Positions 11,373 through 13,327 of a stretch of 13,327 nucleotides of DNA are shown in pieces. The DNA is from Myxococcales bacterium. Lineage in GTDB: Bacteria; Myxococcota_A; UBA9042. Position 1 is the stretch's first letter, and every line of letters begins with the position of its first letter. The stretch covers positions 1 to 13,327 of the forward strand of contig JBBISH010000154.1 of assembly GCA_037441385.1 (NCBI GenBank). The letters run 5' to 3'. Both the position numbers and the translations under genes were made by a program. Below the pieces are notes generated by a model. That model was not told the origin of the DNA. It did no database searches and worked only from the letters and a program-made list of their open reading frames with translations.

Positions 11373-12485
11373 CTACCGGCGCGTCCACGCGTGCACCGGC
11401 TGTTCGCTGGTGGCGCCCATTTCGCCAAAACGCCCGCCCAGGCCAAAGCCCAAGCTGGTCGTCAAGCCCGCGACGAAATGCCCTGTTTTGGCCACCGAGA
11501 CAAAGCCGCCCAGCCACTTGACCCGCGGGATCAGGCCGGGGAACAGCTCGGCCTGGACGAAGTAGTCGGGCACATCCGCGACCTTGAGCGAGGCGAGCAG
11601 CGAGCCGCGGCGGTCGAAGAATAGCCCCACAGCCGGGACAAAAGTCACAGTATTCTCGACCAGATTGGGCTGGCTGCCGATGAGCTTGGTCGACGCGCCG
11701 CCGGCCGAAAGCGATAGGCCATAGCCGTCGTCGCGCTTGTAGCTCAGGCCAAAACTCGTCCACGCGCCAAAATAGCTGAACAGCGCAACTTGCTTGGCAA
11801 AAGGTAGCGGCCAGCGCGCGGCGTAGTAGTTGCCATGGTTGTGGAGCTCCAAATGCGGCCAAGTCAGCACCGGCGGCGTGGACCAGTCCATCAACTCAAT
11901 CTGGCGACTGAAGAATTGCCGAACCGCGGGCGAGCTGAACAGCAGAATCCCGCCCAGGTCGAACACCAGCATGTCGGCGATGCAATCGGTGTTGCGGCCG
12001 GTAACGCCTTTGTTTTCGATGGATTCGTTGACCAACGCCGCCGACATCAGCGTCAGCGCCGACCACAGCTTGGGCAGCGGCACCGCGTGAGCCTGGAACC
12101 ACTCGTCCAACATGGCAAAGGTCTGGCCGCCGCCCAGCAGGTGCAGGGTGTAGTTGGGCACCCAGCGCGCCGTAGCCGAGGTAAATGAAAGCGGAAAGAT
12201 CTCGCGGCTCAGGAAGCGTCCCCAACCCTCTTCGCCGACCCGCGAGGGGGCATGGGCCAGGTTGTCCACCACGTTGGCCGCGTTGGTCGCGTAGTCAAAG
12301 TGCCACGGGTCGCGAAGGGTATCGCCCAGCTGCATCATGTCCCAGCCGCGATTGACCAGGACGGTCGCTGGGTTGTACGTCGACTCCGAGCCAAAATCGT
12401 AGCCGTGGTAGAAGGACGGCTCGGCCTCTTGGGCGACCAGCGCCGAAGGCCACGCGGCGACCAGCGCGGCCAGCAGGGCGGTCAC
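11373..12485 (-). CDS. Secreted or outer-membrane hypothetical protein (weak DUF3943-like central helical region, beta-strand-like C-terminus)
   Basis: Signal peptide (ALVA|QEA). NYTLHLLGGG and LVNESIEN..IADMLVFDLGG helical region, followed by alternating aromatic/Gly strands. Good promoter upstream. Confidence 0.8.
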   Translation of the reverse strand: MTALLAALVAAWPSALVAQEAEPSFYHGYDFGSESTYNPATVLVNRGWDMMQLGDTLRDPWHFDYATNAANVVDNLAHAPSRVGEEGWGRFLSREIFPLSFTSATARWVPNYTLHLLGGGQTFAMLDEWFQAHAVPLPKLWSALTLMSAALVNESIENKGVTGRNTDCIADMLVFDLGGILLFSSPAVRQFFSRQIELMDWSTPPVLTWPHLELHNHGNYYAARWPLPFAKQVALFSYFGAWTSFGLSYKRDDGYGLSLSAGGASTKLIGSQPNLVENTVTFVPAVGLFFDRRGSLLASLKVADVPDYFVQAELFPGLIPRVKWLGGFVSVAKTGHFVAGLTTSLGFGLGGRFGEMGATSEQPVHAWTRR

Positions 12486-12554
12486 GGACGCGAAAGAGCG
12501 AGGCGGCGGCGTGGTGGGGCTCCGGGGCGGGCCGGGCGAGCCGCGCGGTCGGGT

Positions 12555-12583
12555 AGACTACGGTCGGCCGGGAGTGGGGTCAA
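12555..12583 (-). promoter_or_regulatory. sigma70 promoter of the 11373-12485 gene
   Basis: Minus strand: TTGACC (12583-12578), 17-nt spacer, TAGTCT (12560-12555). Confidence 0.6.
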
Positions 12584-12767
12584 GGCGGTGGAGCCGGGCG
12601 CGGTGGGCAAGAGTTGCGCGCGCAACTTTGGGGGTAGCCCACTGAAGTTGCAGTCGAAATTGGAAATGGGGTGGAGTTTTGCGCGGCGCAGCCTCTTGGG
12701 GATCGCTGGCTGGCGCGTCATCCCCTGCCTTACCGCTTGCCTACTCTGACGCAGCGCCGCAAGCCCT

Positions 12768-12839
12768 ATCGGGTAGGGGCGCCGGTTGCCCGACGCCCCT
12801 CCCACACCACCGGACATGCGGGTCCGCATCCGGCGGTTC
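12768..12839 (-). ncRNA. Group II intron catalytic domain V and branch-site domain VI
   Basis: DV is GAACCGCCGGATGCGGACCCGCATGTCCGGTGGT, with the CGC triad typical of IIC and an AY bulge. DVI is GGG-AGGGGCGTCGG-GCAA-CCGGCGCCCCT-A-CCC, with the bulged A at 12774 and a terminal AT. Confidence 0.96.
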
Positions 12840-13004
12840 GCGTGCTACGCGGTTCGGGTCCGCGTCTGAGCGGTCGGTCTTCGAGTCCGCCGCGCGCAGT
12901 TCGGCGCCCACGCCGCGTTCGCTTCGGGCTTCACCCTGGCAATCCGCCGTCCGGGCCAACGTAAGTGTTACCTGACGTTGCTGATTCTGCCGCGTTCTGC
13001 GCAC
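12840..13004 (-). pseudogene. N-terminal remnant of the intron-encoded reverse transcriptase/maturase
   Basis: GTG 13004 follows GAGGA at the start of DIV. The peptide RQNQQRQVTLTL..QGEARS..GAE..A resembles the RQK-x-QL-x-L..RGEA..G-x-E leader of IIC proteins. It joins DV after ~55 codons, with no RT0-7, YADD or X domain. Confidence 0.65.
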
Positions 13005-13327
13005 GAGTCCTCTCGCCTATTGGCTCTGCTCACGTTTGGCCCTTGGGCGCCGGGACCCTCCCAGCGCCTACTATGGCCTCTGCTGACTCCTGAGATCGCT
13101 TCGCGTCTTCTTTCGATTCCGCTAGCCGGCGCTGCCGGCACGATCCCAGGTCTCTCCGGGTAAGAACGCCTACTTTCACCGCGCGATTGCCGCATATACG
13201 TGCCAGGGTCTTGATGCTATTGGACTTTGCAGTGGATGGCCTGCTCGTCCACCCTGACCAGCCTCCGATGCGATTTCTGTTCGTCAACCCGCGGTTTTGC
13301 TCCACGCTTCCTCCAGACCTCGCCTCG

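Larger units (their letters stand above)
12768..13327 (-). mobile_element. Group IIC intron, ORF-less (RT deleted); 5' end lies beyond the window
   Basis: Minus strand has IIC landmarks in the correct order: DI TCTGGAGGAAGC..GACGAACAGAAA..GGACGAG..AAAGTCC..GAAAG..TTCTTACCCGGAGAGACCTG; DII/DIII CAGGAGTCAGCAGAGGCCATAGTA..AAGGGCCAAAC; a ~194-nt DIV; DV; and DVI ending CCTACCCGAT at 12768. Confidence 0.95.

Noticed and set aside
12741..13305. ORFs overlapping the intron as functional genes
   Set aside because: They read through ribozyme domains. Only 13004-12840 is explained, as an IEP remnant.

Overview
High-GC window whose gene content suggests Myxococcota/Deltaproteobacteria (inference). Left to right: a non-coding, hairpin-rich ~500 bp stretch that may be the edge of an integrated element; an orphan cytoplasmic PAS-PAS-PAS hybrid histidine kinase (+); a ~180 nt double-hairpin structured element between convergent genes; a three-domain hypothetical protein (Imm11/DUF1629-like, 26-aa repeats, DUF3806-like) and a GH13 alpha-amylase-family lipoprotein (-); a delta-9-type fatty acid desaturase, an RCC1-repeat lipoprotein and a pseudaminic-acid-associated methyltransferase (+); and a secreted hypothetical protein (-). 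The right end holds a group IIC intron on the minus strand. Its visible ribozyme domains look intact, but its reverse transcriptase ORF is deleted down to an N-terminal stub, and its predicted target (GATG|A) is non-canonical. The ORF-less intron and the 3296-3476 structured element are the best leads. All family assignments come from motif recognition, not database searches.
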